This document shows, piece after piece, positions 9,849 to 20,362 of a DNA stretch of 64,000 nt. Under the pieces are notes generated by a model, which saw only the letters and a program-made list of their open reading frames with translations, searched no databases and was not told the DNA's origin. Source of the stretch: an uncultured delta proteobacterium (GTDB taxonomy: Bacteria > Desulfobacterota > Desulfobaccia > Desulfobaccales > 0-14-0-80-60-11); contig CAWETI010000003.1 of assembly GCA_963812015.1 (NCBI GenBank), positions 2,016,001 through 2,080,000 on the forward strand, in the 5' to 3' direction. The translations under genes and the position numbers were made by a program. How positions within the stretch are numbered: the first letter of the stretch is position 1; each line of letters starts with the position of its first letter.

Positions 9849-11696
9849 TTATTCCGGTGGCGCGGTTGTAAACAGGATCACTGCCTGCGGCGGCAGCGGC
9901 AGGGAGACCTCCCCTTCCGACCGGATGGTGAGGGGGACAGTGCTCCCAGCACCATACCAGCGCTCTTCGCCGCTGTCCAGAATTTTACGCCAGAAACCCG
10001 CCGGCAACGGCAGTTCCAGGGTCACCGGGGATTGGCCGAAGTGAAAGATGGCGCAGACCTCATCCTCCCCGGCCCAACGCCGCACCATGAGGACTTTGGG
10101 CCCCTCGAAACTCGCCACCTCCAGGTCGTCCTTGCTCAAATGGGCCAGGGCCGGGTGCTCTCGCCGCAGCCGGAGGAGCTCCCGATAGTACCCATACAGG
10201 GTCCGGTGTTTGCCCTCATGGCACAGTTCACGGTTGAGGGTGGAGCGCTTAAAAGTCTCCTCCCCCTGGGGGTCGGGGGGCTCCTCCGTCCACCCGAACC
10301 CAGCGAACTCAGCCTTACGGCCGTGCCGCACCGCCTCGATCAGGTCAGGGTCCCCGTGGCTGACGAAATATTGAAAGGGCGCGGTATCCCCGTATTCTTC
10401 CCCCATGAACAGCAAAGGAATAAAGGGAGACAGGAGCACCGCGCCGGCGGCCAGCTTCAGGGCGTCAAACGAGACCAGGCTGCTGAGGCGCTCCCCACCG
10501 AGGCGGTTGCCCACCTGGTCGTGGTTTTGGGCAAAGACCAGGAAGCGGTCGGCCGATAGGTCCCGGCAGGCGGAGCCCCGGCGGCGCTGCCGGTAGCCGG
10601 AATATTCCCCGGTATAGATGAATCCGTCGGTAAAGGCCTTGGCTAGATGCCCCACCTTGCCGTAATCCTGGTAGTAGCCCGTGGTCTCCCCGGTGAGGAG
10701 GTGATGCAGGGCATGGTGGAAGTCGTCGTTCCAGTGGACGTCCAGTCCAAAACCGCCCAACTCCGGAGCGCGGATGAAGCGGGAGTCGTTGAGGTCGGAC
10801 TCCGCCATCAGGTAGATCCGGCGGTTCAGCGTCTCGGCCCGGTCGTGCACCGTCTGGGCCAGGCCGGCCAGGAACGGCTGGGCCGATTGGTCGCTGATGC
10901 GGTCCACGGAATCCAGGCGCAGGGCGTCGATATGGAAGTCGGTGACCCAATGGAGGGCGTTTTCCAAAAAGAAGCGCCGCACCTCTTCGCTGTGGGGACC
11001 GTCAAAGTTGAGGGCTTCTCCCCAGGGGGTGCGCCTGCGGTCGGTGAAGTAGGGCCCGAAATCCCGCAGGTAGTTGCCTTCCGGGCCCAGGTGGTTGTAG
11101 ACCACGTCCAGCAGCACGGCCAGACCCCGGCGATGGCAGGCGTTCACCAGCCGCTTCAGCCCCTGGGGTCCGCCATAGCTCTGCTGCACCGCAAAGGGAT
11201 AAACGCCGTCGTAGCCCCAGTTACGGTTGCCCGGAAACTGGGCCACCGGCATGATTTCCACCGCGGTGAGGCCCAGCTCCTTGAGGTCGTCCAGATGGGG
11301 GATAACCGCGTCAAAGGTGCCGGCGGGGGTGAAGGCGCCCACGTGCAGCTCATAGATGATAAAATCTTTCAGGGACAGGCCGAACCAGCCCTGGTCTTCC
11401 CAGGGAAAGTCGGGGTCCGCCACCTGGGAGGGCCCGTGCACGTCTTCCGGCTGATGCCGGGAGGCCGGGTCTGGACGTTCTGTCTCCCCGTCGAGACGGT
11501 AGAAATAACGGCGGCCCGGCCTGACGCCGTCCACCCGCCCGTAATGATAGCCCCGGGCCCCCGGGGTCAACGGCACGTAACGGTCGCCGGGAGCCAGCAG
11601 ATGCACCTCAACCTTTGCCGCCCGGGGCGCCCAGACCAGAAAATGGCACTGTTCATTGCCCAGGTAAACGGCCCCCAGAGGCGCGGCTGAAGGCAT
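9849..11696 (-). CDS. treZ: Malto-oligosyltrehalose trehalohydrolase (GH13)
   Basis: YELHVGAFT, RNWGYDGV, DVVYNHLGPEGNY, WNDDFHH, QNHDQVGNR, LFMGEEY; adjacent to treY. Confidence 0.95.
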   Translation of the reverse strand: MPSAAPLGAVYLGNEQCHFLVWAPRAAKVEVHLLAPGDRYVPLTPGARGYHYGRVDGVRPGRRYFYRLDGETERPDPASRHQPEDVHGPSQVADPDFPWEDQGWFGLSLKDFIIYELHVGAFTPAGTFDAVIPHLDDLKELGLTAVEIMPVAQFPGNRNWGYDGVYPFAVQQSYGGPQGLKRLVNACHRRGLAVLLDVVYNHLGPEGNYLRDFGPYFTDRRRTPWGEALNFDGPHSEEVRRFFLENALHWVTDFHIDALRLDSVDRISDQSAQPFLAGLAQTVHDRAETLNRRIYLMAESDLNDSRFIRAPELGGFGLDVHWNDDFHHALHHLLTGETTGYYQDYGKVGHLAKAFTDGFIYTGEYSGYRQRRRGSACRDLSADRFLVFAQNHDQVGNRLGGERLSSLVSFDALKLAAGAVLLSPFIPLLFMGEEYGDTAPFQYFVSHGDPDLIEAVRHGRKAEFAGFGWTEEPPDPQGEETFKRSTLNRELCHEGKHRTLYGYYRELLRLRREHPALAHLSKDDLEVASFEGPKVLMVRRWAGEDEVCAIFHFGQSPVTLELPLPAGFWRKILDSGEERWYGAGSTVPLTIRSEGEVSLPLPPQAVILFTTAPPE

Positions 11697-11724
11697 GATC
11701 TTCTCCTTTAGTCCTTTTCCATAA

Positions 11725-11850
11725 GCTATTGCAAAACCGGTTTATGGTGTCACCCTGAGCGCCAGCGAAGGGTCTAGGTTATTGGAAAGAATAGATGCTT
11801 CGTTTCGCTCAGAATGACCAACTGGCGCAAAAAGAGGCTTTGAAATAGGC
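11725..11850. repeat. Palindromic REP/MITE-like element
   Basis: Inner inverted repeat GTCACCCTGAGCGCCAGCGAAGGGTCT...AGATGCTTCGTTTCGCTCAGAATGAC (11749-11818) inside an imperfect outer one, CTATTGCAAAAC / GCTTTGAAATAG. Confidence 0.65.
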
Positions 11851-12174
11851 TCTCTGGTTGATTCAAGCGGCAACCGTCTTATCTTTATGAAATATGCGGG
11901 GCAAGAGGGGGAATCAGGCTCAGGGCACCGGCCTGGTGACTTTCGCAGCAAATCATACGTCAGTCGAATACCCTTCCCCTTGCTTCGGGCCAGCCCGGCT
12001 ATCATCCCCGGCAACCGCGGACATTAATCGACAATAGGGCTTTATCCTGATTGTTACTATAAGTAAGCATTTCTTTTTATTCATCAAGATCATGTAATTA
12101 TTTCGCAGTTCCGATAAAAACTGCCTGCTACCTTGAATCTTGGGTATGGTCATAAAGGCGCCGGGGAGGTATGC

Positions 12175-13158
12175 ATGGGGCAAGAGACCTGGGGCATCGG
12201 GGTTGACCTGGGCGGCACCAAGGTAAAAGTGGCGGTGGTGGACGCCAAAGGCACAATTCACCAGGAACTCCGTCAGCCTACCAACGTTGCCGGTGGGCCG
12301 GATCGCATCATTGCGGATATTGTCGAGATGGTGCGACAGGTATGGAAACAAGGTCCGCCATCTGCCTGCGCCGGATTGGGGGTGGGGGTAGCCGGCCAGA
12401 TCACCCCGGATACGGGGGTGGTCCGGTCCTCTCCCAACCTGAACTGGCGGGAGGTGCCTTTCCGGGACCGGCTCCAGGCGACTGTGAACCTGCCGGTAGT
12501 GGTCACCAACGATGTCCGGGCCGCCACCTGGGGGGAATGGCTCCACGGCTCCGGCCAGGGGGTCGAGGACCTCATCTGCCTGTTTATCGGCACCGGGGTG
12601 GGCGGCGGGGTGGTAAGCGGCGGCCGGATGCTGTCCGGCTGCACCAACACCGCCGGGGAGCTGGGTCACATGACCACGGAGCTCAACGGCCCCCGGTGCA
12701 CCTGCGGCAACCGGGGCTGCCTCGAGGCCCTGGTCGGAGGCTGGGCCATCGCCCGCCGAGTCCGGGAGGCCATCCAGGAGGCCCCCGAGGCCGGGAAGGC
12801 CCTCCTTAAGGCCGCAGGGCTCAAGGAACCGCTGGCCCCCGAAGACGTCACCGCCAAAGTGGTGGCTGACGCCGCCCGAGCCGGCGATCCCCTGGCCCGG
12901 GTTATCGTGGATGAGGTGGCCCGGGCCCTGATCGCCGGCACGGTGAGTCTGGTCAACGCCTTTAACCCCTGCCGCCTGATCCTGGGAGGGGGAGTGATGC
13001 AGGGGCTGCCGGAACTCGTGGACCGCATCGACCGGGGCATCCGCCAATCCGCACTGAAAACCGCCAGTGAGGGGTTGCAGGTCCTGCCGGGCAAGCTGGA
13101 AAACGATGCCGGGGTGGTGGGGGCCGCCACCCTGGCCATCCGGTCTTTCGCCCCTTGA
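12175..13158 (+). CDS. ROK family sugar kinase (glucokinase-like)
   Basis: GVDLGGTK, NDVRAA, GTGVGGG, GELGH, CTCGNRGCLE. RBS GGAGG before ATG 12175. Confidence 0.9.
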   Translation: MGQETWGIGVDLGGTKVKVAVVDAKGTIHQELRQPTNVAGGPDRIIADIVEMVRQVWKQGPPSACAGLGVGVAGQITPDTGVVRSSPNLNWREVPFRDRLQATVNLPVVVTNDVRAATWGEWLHGSGQGVEDLICLFIGTGVGGGVVSGGRMLSGCTNTAGELGHMTTELNGPRCTCGNRGCLEALVGGWAIARRVREAIQEAPEAGKALLKAAGLKEPLAPEDVTAKVVADAARAGDPLARVIVDEVARALIAGTVSLVNAFNPCRLILGGGVMQGLPELVDRIDRGIRQSALKTASEGLQVLPGKLENDAGVVGAATLAIRSFAP

Positions 13159-13414
13159 GGCCAGGCTGCCGGCGGATAATTTATCCTCGATGTGCTACCC
13201 GCGGGCCTTTTCGTGACCGCGCCGGCGAATCCGTTGCCGCCTTTGGCGCAAATCTCAAACCATCAATCCGGACCCGCACCAGTCAGCTTGAAGCCAATAC
13301 TCAGGCCGGCGGAGTCACCCTCCTCCAGGGGGCGCACTGCGCACCGTGGACCAGGATCATGGCGGGCCCGGAGGCCCGCCCCACCAAGAAAGCCGGGACG
13401 AGAGGCCTGAGCGC

Positions 13415-14548
13415 TTAGCTCTGTTCTTCCAACTCCACCTTGAGGGAGAAGAAATCCAGCAGGTCTTTTAAGGTCACCACTCCCACCAGACGGCCGTGGT
13501 CCACCACCATCAGCCGGCTAATCCCGCCTTGGCTCATCATGGCCAGGGCCTTGATGGCGTCGGTCTGGGGGGAAATGGAGTTGTCCGGCGAGCAGGGGTC
13601 GGCCACTTCCCGGATGGTCTCCCGGCTCCACTCCTCCCGGGGAATTTCCTTCACCTGCCGGGTGGTGATGCAGCCCACCAGCTTTTCTCCCGCCATGACC
13701 GGGAACATTTTATAATGATACTTATAGATATAATCTTCCACCAGGTTTTCCACGGTAATGGAGTCCTGCACCGTCACCGGGTTGGCGTTCATGAAGCGGC
13801 TGACCGGTTCCCCCTCCAGGGCCTTGCGGACCAAAAGCTGCTGGTAAGACATCTGGGCGGCATTCCGCAGGAACATGCCGATGAGGAACATCCACACCCC
13901 GCCGATGACATTGCCGCCGATGAACTGTAGGACGCCCAGGAAGATGAGGCCGATGCCGAACGCGGCGCCGATGCTGGAAGAAACCCGGGTGGCCCACCGG
14001 AGGTTGTCTTTGGCGCCCCAGAGGATGGAGCGCAGCACCCGGCCGCCGTCCAGGGGGAAGGCCGGCAGGAGGTTAAAGGCCGCCAGGATGCCGTTGATAT
14101 AGGCGATATAATAGATGACCCCGATAATTGGGGTGCTCCAGCCGACGGACTGCCCCCAGCGGTAGATCAGATAAAATACCGCCCCGATGGCCATACTGGA
14201 CAGAGGACCGACTATGGCCATCATGAATTCGGCTTTGGCGGTGGGGGGCTCATCCCCCATCTCGGCCACCCCGCCGAAAATGAACAGGGTGATGCCCTTC
14301 ATGGGCATGCCGAATTTCCGGGCCACCAGGGAATGGCAGAACTCGTGGGCCACGATGGAAGCAAAGAGGCCCAGGGCCCCCACTACCCCCATAATCCAGT
14401 AGGTCTCCCGGGAGAGCTTCGGATACAGGTAGGGAAAGAGCCCCGCCGCCAAAGACCAGGTGACCAGCACCGCGATGACCAGCCAACTTAAATCGATGCG
14501 AACCTCGAACCCGAGGAGCTTAAACAGTTTCATGCGCTTGCCGAACAT
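13415..14548 (-). CDS. Site-2 (M50) zinc metalloprotease with CBS domain pair
   Basis: HEFCH and NLLPAFPLDGGR motifs, transmembrane segments, C-terminal CBS pair. Confidence 0.92.
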   Translation of the reverse strand: MFGKRMKLFKLLGFEVRIDLSWLVIAVLVTWSLAAGLFPYLYPKLSRETYWIMGVVGALGLFASIVAHEFCHSLVARKFGMPMKGITLFIFGGVAEMGDEPPTAKAEFMMAIVGPLSSMAIGAVFYLIYRWGQSVGWSTPIIGVIYYIAYINGILAAFNLLPAFPLDGGRVLRSILWGAKDNLRWATRVSSSIGAAFGIGLIFLGVLQFIGGNVIGGVWMFLIGMFLRNAAQMSYQQLLVRKALEGEPVSRFMNANPVTVQDSITVENLVEDYIYKYHYKMFPVMAGEKLVGCITTRQVKEIPREEWSRETIREVADPCSPDNSISPQTDAIKALAMMSQGGISRLMVVDHGRLVGVVTLKDLLDFFSLKVELEEQS

Positions 14549-14712
14549 CTCTTATCTCCCCCTTAAACCTGACCTTGCCCCCGGGCGGCCTGAGACTGCC
14601 CCGGGATAGGCCCCGAACTTGTGCCCGATAACGTAAGCATTATCTGAGGAATTGCCAGTATAACCTTTAGGGATTGACCCGGATAAGATGGGGAAAGTGG
14701 ATGGCCTTCACT

Positions 14713-15564
14713 CTATTTCCCGCCGCCGCGCTTGAGCAGCGCCTCCAGTTCCTTCGCTTCCTGCTCCTGGCCCCGGGTTTGGTAGATGCCCAGCAAGAGG
14801 TTGCCGTTGAGCATCGCCTCGGCCTTATCGCCCCGGGCCAGGGCCACCAGGGTCAGGTCCTTGAGGGTGGCGGCAATGCCATCGGTATCCTGGAGGCGGC
14901 GGAATTCCACCAGGGCCTCCTTGAGATACATGGCGGCCCGGTCGTAGTCCGAAATGTCCAGGAAGGTGCGCCCCAGGCGCTCCAGGCGCAGGGCCCGGCC
15001 CCGCCGGTCTTTGGTCCCCGTATCGGCCATGACCGCCTGGTGGTAATAGTTCAGGGCCAGGGTGTAGTCCTTATGGGCCCGGGCCACATCCCCCAGGTGG
15101 GTCAGGGTCAAGGCCAGGAGCGGCCCCGGGGGCAGCAGCCGGGCCTGATCCAGGGCTTCCAGGTAGGTTGACTGCGCCTCCCGGAGGCGGCCCTGGGATT
15201 GATACGCCAGGCCCAGATTGTTCAGGGTCTCGCAGATGGCGGCGGGGTCGTTCAGTTCCCGGTTCACGGCCAGGGCTTCCTGGAAGTGGCGCACCGCCTG
15301 GTCAAGATTTCCCTGGGCCTGGGCGATGGCCCCCAGGTTGTTGAGGTTGGAGGCGGTGCCGGACCTGCGGTCGATGAGACGGTTATAAGCCAGGGCCTGC
15401 TCGAACTTTTCCTGGGCCAGGTTCCAGTGGCTCTGGCGGTAATACTGATACCCCGCCTCATTGAGAGAAATCGCTTCTTGTTTGAGGTCCACGCCGGTCT
15501 TGGCCGGGCCGCCGCAGCCCGCCACGATGATCAGCACCCATAGCCAGCACCACCGGTAGCTCAC
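14713..15564 (-). CDS. Tetratricopeptide-repeat lipoprotein
   Basis: Lipobox VAGC; repeated LNNLG/FQEAL TPR helices; last gene of the Mla-type operon. Confidence 0.8.
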   Translation of the reverse strand: MSYRWCWLWVLIIVAGCGGPAKTGVDLKQEAISLNEAGYQYYRQSHWNLAQEKFEQALAYNRLIDRRSGTASNLNNLGAIAQAQGNLDQAVRHFQEALAVNRELNDPAAICETLNNLGLAYQSQGRLREAQSTYLEALDQARLLPPGPLLALTLTHLGDVARAHKDYTLALNYYHQAVMADTGTKDRRGRALRLERLGRTFLDISDYDRAAMYLKEALVEFRRLQDTDGIAATLKDLTLVALARGDKAEAMLNGNLLLGIYQTRGQEQEAKELEALLKRGGGK

Positions 15565-15566
15565 GT

Positions 15567-16580
15567 CTAATCCTTTCCCGGTTCCGCATCCAACCGGATG
15601 GTATGCTCCTGGATTGGGGGCACGTACCGGCGCAGCAGCCAGGACCGCTGCATCGCCTTAGCCGTCGAGTCAACGTCGCCGAAGGCACCCTCCCCCCGGG
15701 TTACCAACCCCGGCAGGCCCTGCCCGGCCCGGTTCAGGTTCGTGAGGAAACCCTCCAGGTTCTTGGCCATATCCGGCAACCGGGCCGCGGCGTCCTTCAG
15801 GTCGGCGGTGGTCCGGTTGAGGTTGGCAAAGGAGGCCTGGAGCTCGGCCATGGTCTTGATGGCCTGATCCTTAAAGGCCGGGTCGTTCACCAGGGTGCCC
15901 AACAGGCCCTTGCTTTTTCCCAGGTCGTCCACAAATTTCCGCACCTGGGTCATGGTCTCGGCGGTATCCCGGTAGAGGACGGGATCATTCACCAACTGTC
16001 CCAGGCTCCCCTTGCCGGTGTTGACCTTGGAGACAATTTCCTTAAAGGAGGTGACGATTTGGCCGAATTCACTGTCCGGCTCCGACATGCGCCCGGTGAT
16101 GGACACCAGGCTGGTGAGAACTTTTTGCAAATCTTCCAGGCTGGGGGCCGCCCGGGCCAGGAGCAGGGTGATATCCAACGGCTCCACCGAGGCCACGATC
16201 CCTGCCGGCGGTATCTGCGGTTTTTTGCGGGTACCGGTGGTCAGGTCCAGGCTTTTTTCACCCAGCAAGCCCATGAAGCCGATGGTGGACCGGGAATCCT
16301 CGCGAATCCGGTCGCTGTACTTTTTCAACACCTGGAAGGTGACCACGATGTCGCCGTCTGGATTGATGGAGGTATTGAGGACATTGCCCACCGTCACCCC
16401 GGCCATATGGACCTCGGAGCCGGCCTTGAGGCCGCTGACATTCTTGAAGATGGTCCGGTACTCCACGTATTCCTGAAAGAGTCCTTCCTGTTGGGCCACG
16501 ATCAAGGCCATGACGAGGAGGGCCGCCAGGGAGGCTACGACAAAGATGCCGACGATGGTTTCATATCTGCGCGTAATCAT
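15567..16580 (-). CDS. mlaD: MCE/MlaD family protein
   Basis: N-terminal TM helix, VSGLKAGSEVHMAGVTVG, GLLGEK, long helical C-terminus. Confidence 0.88.
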   Translation of the reverse strand: MITRRYETIVGIFVVASLAALLVMALIVAQQEGLFQEYVEYRTIFKNVSGLKAGSEVHMAGVTVGNVLNTSINPDGDIVVTFQVLKKYSDRIREDSRSTIGFMGLLGEKSLDLTTGTRKKPQIPPAGIVASVEPLDITLLLARAAPSLEDLQKVLTSLVSITGRMSEPDSEFGQIVTSFKEIVSKVNTGKGSLGQLVNDPVLYRDTAETMTQVRKFVDDLGKSKGLLGTLVNDPAFKDQAIKTMAELQASFANLNRTTADLKDAAARLPDMAKNLEGFLTNLNRAGQGLPGLVTRGEGAFGDVDSTAKAMQRSWLLRRYVPPIQEHTIRLDAEPGKD

Positions 16581-17407
16581 GGAGTCGTTTTCCCCTGAGG
16601 CTCCCGGTGGAGAAAGCGCAAGACCTCGGGATGGGACGATCGCAAAAATTCCTCATAGGTCCCTTCAAAGACCCACCGGCCTTCGTGGAGCAATACCAGC
16701 CGATCCGCCACCAGTTGGGTGAGGCGCAGGTCATGGGTGACCACGATGGAGGTGACCTCCAATGCCTGCTGGAGGCCCCGGAGCAGGCCACCGATCTCGT
16801 CCCCGGTAATGGGGTCCAGCCCGGAGGTGGGCTCGTCATAGATGATGATCTGGGGGTCCAGGGCCAGGCTGCGGGCCAGGGCGGCGCGGCGCTGCATGCC
16901 ACCGGATAGGGCGGTGGGCTCGAGGCCCTCCACCTCCGCCAGCCCCACCTGGGCCAGTTTCTCCACCACCCGGCGCTCGATCTCGGCTTCACTCCAATCG
17001 GTGTGTTGCACCATGGGGAAGGCGACGTTTTCCCCCACGGTCATGGAATCATACAGCGCCGAGCCCTGGAACAGGTAGCCGGTCTTCAGGCGCAGAGCCC
17101 GCCAATCGGCATCACTGGCAAAATTGGTGATTTCTGTGCCTTCCACGGTAATGCTGCCGGCATCCGGTATATTCAGCCCCACCAGCATGCTGGTCAACAC
17201 GGTCTTGCCCGAGCCGCTGCGGCCCAGGATCACCAGGGTCGCTCCCGGGAAAATATCCAGGTCCACCCCCTCGAGCACGGAGTTATCGCCAAAGGCCTTA
17301 GATATGCCTCGGAAGGATATCAAGGGAACTTGAGACCCCGGTTTCCGGCGGGGGGACTCCTGCGCCTTAGGGCCAGAGGAGTAGCGTAAGTTTGGTAAGA
17401 AAGACAT
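16577..17407 (-). CDS. mlaF: ABC transporter ATP-binding subunit, MlaF type (start uncertain)
   Basis: Walker A GRSGSGKT, FQGSALYDSM, LSGGM, YDEPTSGLDP. Confidence 0.88.
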   Translation of the reverse strand: MSFLPNLRYSSGPKAQESPRRKPGSQVPLISFRGISKAFGDNSVLEGVDLDIFPGATLVILGRSGSGKTVLTSMLVGLNIPDAGSITVEGTEITNFASDADWRALRLKTGYLFQGSALYDSMTVGENVAFPMVQHTDWSEAEIERRVVEKLAQVGLAEVEGLEPTALSGGMQRRAALARSLALDPQIIIYDEPTSGLDPITGDEIGGLLRGLQQALEVTSIVVTHDLRLTQLVADRLVLLHEGRWVFEGTYEEFLRSSHPEVLRFLHREPQGKTTP

Positions 17408-18212
17408 CGGATATCAGGATCAGTAATATCGAGGCCACCACCGAGGTTTTGGTGGCTTGGCCCACGCCAAAGGTCCCATGTTGGGTGTTATAACCATGAA
17501 AGCAAGACACCGTACCGATGATGATCCCAAAGATGGCGGTCTTGCCGATGCCCGGCAGTACATCCCTCAAGGTCAGATACTTGATGGTCAGGGTATAATA
17601 GTAGGTGGGGGTCATGCCCACCTGGGTTACGCCGATGATCATGCCTCCCAGGATGCCGATGAGATCGGCGGCCGTGGTCAGCAGGGGCATGACCAGCATG
17701 CAGGCCAGAATCCGGGTGACCACCAGGTATTTCATGGGGTTGATTGCGGAGACGGTGAGGGCGTCGATCTGGTGGGTGACCCGCATGGAACCCAGTTCCG
17801 CGCCCATTCCGGATCCCCCGCGAGATGCCAGCATTAAGCCGGCGAGCAAGGGGCCCAAGCCGCGCACAAAGGTGAAGGCCACGCTGGTGGCAATGTAATT
17901 GGCTGCGCCAAACAATTTCAAGACATTGAGGCCCTGCATGGCCAGAACCAGGCCCAGCGCAAAGGAGGCCACGGCTACCAGGGAGAAGGATTTCACCCCC
18001 AGGTGGTACATCTGGGCGATGACCTCCCGGACAAACCAGGGCGGGTAGACCAGGCTGCGGCAGCCGTCCAGGAAAAAGAGGAACAACTCCCCCATGTAAT
18101 CGATGAAAGCCAGCGTTTGATGGCCGGCCCGATAAAAAAAGCCCTCTTTCACCAGCCTCACCCCACGAGAACCTGACCAACGGGCAAGAGACGTGCGGGG
18201 CAACCTGACCAC
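17367..18212 (-). CDS. mlaE: MlaE family ABC permease (start uncertain)
   Basis: RGLGPLL, GAELGSMRVTHQIDAL, YLVVTR, GVGQAT. Confidence 0.88.
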   Translation of the reverse strand: MVRLPRTSLARWSGSRGVRLVKEGFFYRAGHQTLAFIDYMGELFLFFLDGCRSLVYPPWFVREVIAQMYHLGVKSFSLVAVASFALGLVLAMQGLNVLKLFGAANYIATSVAFTFVRGLGPLLAGLMLASRGGSGMGAELGSMRVTHQIDALTVSAINPMKYLVVTRILACMLVMPLLTTAADLIGILGGMIIGVTQVGMTPTYYYTLTIKYLTLRDVLPGIGKTAIFGIIIGTVSCFHGYNTQHGTFGVGQATKTSVVASILLILISDVFLTKLTLLLWP

Positions 18213-18328
18213 TCATGCCGCGCCTTTGCTTCCAACTGGCTAAAACTACCTAAAAAACAGGCTTGTGTCAAGGAGAAAGCCCGGGGCCGGCCCGATAACC
18301 GTCCCCTTCCCAGTAGCGGCAGGATGAA

Positions 18329-18383
18329 TCACATTTTCGTAGCTAATTGTTATCATTTTGTTGCTAAATCTACGAAAATGGAA
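18329..18383. promoter_or_regulatory. Inverted-repeat operator array upstream of the NifA-like activator
   Basis: CATTTTCGTAG and CTACGAAAATG form a perfect 11-bp inverted pair; each copy fits CTACA-N4-TGTAG loosely. Confidence 0.5.
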
Positions 18384-18415
18384 TATACAATAGCGATTCA
18401 GCGAGAGGCGGCCCA

Positions 18416-19948
18416 TTGGCCGATAACGAGCCACCTATGAATGACCTTAACCTGCTCTACGAGATCACCGAAACCCTGGGGGCCATGGGCCCCCTGCCCC
18501 GGAGCCTGCAACGGGTACTCCAGATCCTGGCCCAGTCCATGGGGATGCGCCGGGGCACCGTCACCATCCTCAACCCCGAGACCTCGGAATTGCAAATCGA
18601 GGTGGCCCACGGCCTCACTGCCGAAGCCCGACGCCGGGGGCGCTACAAGCTGGGGGAAGGCATCACCGGCCGGGTGGTGGAGACCGGCGAGCCCGCGGTG
18701 GTCCCCCGGGTGAGCCAGGAGCCCTTGTTTTTAAACCGGACCCGCTCCCGGGGCAGCCGGGAGAAAGAAGAACTCTCTTTTTTGTGCGTGCCCATCAAGA
18801 TCAACTACAAGACTATCGGCGCCCTCTCCGTGGACAAGCTCCATCGGGACCTGGACCTGGACCGGGACCTCCGGCTGCTGACCATCATCGCCTCCATCAT
18901 CGCCCAGACGGTCAACAACCTGCTGCTCATCGACCGGGAAAAGGAACGCCTCCAGAATGAAAACCTGCAGCTCAAAGGCGAACTGCAGGAACGTTACCAG
19001 ATGGGCAATATCATCGGTACCTCCGGCCGCATGCGTCAGGTGTTCGAAATGATCGGACGGGTGGCCAAGAGCAACGCCACCATCCTGATCCGGGGCGAAT
19101 CCGGCACCGGCAAGGAGATGGTGGCCTCGGCCCTCCATTACAACAGTCTGAGGGCTGAGAGGCCTTTCATTAAGGTAAACCTGGCCGCTCTGCCGGAAAC
19201 CCTGGTGGAGAGCGAGTTGTTTGGGCACGAACGGGGCGCCTTTACCGGGGCCATGCAGCGCAAGCAAGGACGCTTCGAGCTGGCCCAGGGCGGCACGATT
19301 TTTCTCGATGAAATCGGCGACTTGAGCCTCAATGTGCAACTCAAACTCCTGCGGGTCATCCAGGAGCGGGAGTTCACCCGCCTGGGCGGCACGGCCACCT
19401 TGAAGGCCGATATCCGCCTGTTGGCCGCCACGCACCGGGACCTGGAACAGGCCGTGGCCAATGGCGTCTTCCGGGAAGACCTTTACTACCGCCTCAATGT
19501 CTTTCCCATCTACCTGCCCCCCCTCCGGGAGCGTATGGCCGACATCCCGGCCCTGTCGGAGCACTTCCTGAAAAAGTACGCCGAGGAGCACGGCAAGCCG
19601 GTGAAGCGCCTGTCGGCCCCGGCCCTGGACCTCTTCATGCAATACCCCTGGCCCGGCAACGTCCGGGAACTGGAAAATATCATCGAACGGGCGGTGCTGG
19701 TGTGCGACGAGGACACCATCCTCAGCGTCCATTTACCCCCCACCCTGCAGCGCCAGGAGCCGGGGGGCGACCGCCGGGGCCTGGCCGCCCAGATAGAACA
19801 TCTGGAGCGGGAACTCATCACCGAGGCCCTGCGCCAGACCCGGGGCAACCAGAGCCAGGCGTCCCAAATCCTGGACACCAGCCTCCGCATTCTGGGTTAC
19901 AAGATCAAGCAGTACGGCATCGAAGCCAAACGGTTCCGGGTGACTTAA
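18416..19948 (+). CDS. NifA-like sigma54-dependent activator (GAF-AAA+-HTH)
   Basis: N-terminal GAF (YKLGEGITGRV), GESGTGKE, GAFTGA, FLDEIG, WPGNVREL, Fis-type HTH; directly upstream of glnA. Confidence 0.9.
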   Translation: MADNEPPMNDLNLLYEITETLGAMGPLPRSLQRVLQILAQSMGMRRGTVTILNPETSELQIEVAHGLTAEARRRGRYKLGEGITGRVVETGEPAVVPRVSQEPLFLNRTRSRGSREKEELSFLCVPIKINYKTIGALSVDKLHRDLDLDRDLRLLTIIASIIAQTVNNLLLIDREKERLQNENLQLKGELQERYQMGNIIGTSGRMRQVFEMIGRVAKSNATILIRGESGTGKEMVASALHYNSLRAERPFIKVNLAALPETLVESELFGHERGAFTGAMQRKQGRFELAQGGTIFLDEIGDLSLNVQLKLLRVIQEREFTRLGGTATLKADIRLLAATHRDLEQAVANGVFREDLYYRLNVFPIYLPPLRERMADIPALSEHFLKKYAEEHGKPVKRLSAPALDLFMQYPWPGNVRELENIIERAVLVCDEDTILSVHLPPTLQRQEPGGDRRGLAAQIEHLERELITEALRQTRGNQSQASQILDTSLRILGYKIKQYGIEAKRFRVT

Positions 19949-20221
19949 GGCCGGGAGCGGACCATGTTGGTTCCCGGGGGGGATCGCCCCCGGCAGTTCC
20001 GCCTGGGAAAAGTCCCCTCCGCGCCGAATTTCCCCTGAGCTATCGCCCTCAAGCTTAAGCCTAACCCGGGGAGCGCCTAGCGTACCGGCCCCCCGGCCTC
20101 AACCGCCATCTCCTCCCCGGGGTCTCCAACTGGACCCGCCACCCCCCAGACAAAAACTTCGCTTAATCACTGCTAATCTTACGGAGCTGGCGTTTTGCCG
20201 TCCCTGATTCGGGCGGCACTT

Positions 20222-20267
20222 ATACAAACTTGTCGGGGGTTTTTTCGCCAAAACTACAATAATGTAA
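20222..20267. promoter_or_regulatory. Two putative upstream activator sites for glnA
   Basis: ATACA-AACT-TGTCG (20222) and CTACA-ATAA-TGTAA (20254). Confidence 0.55.
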
Positions 20268-20310
20268 ACATCAGGTTAGTTAACTTTTTGATTTTCCTCA
20301 AAAAACACTC

Positions 20311-20326
20311 TGGTATAATAGTTGCT
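20311..20326 (+). promoter_or_regulatory. Sigma54 (-24/-12) promoter of glnA
   Basis: TGGTATAATAGTTGCT: GG-N10-GC with TTGCT, upstream of the AGGAGG RBS. Confidence 0.75.
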
Positions 20327-20362
20327 ATGAATTAATAAAATTTTCTGTTCAGGAGGAATACC

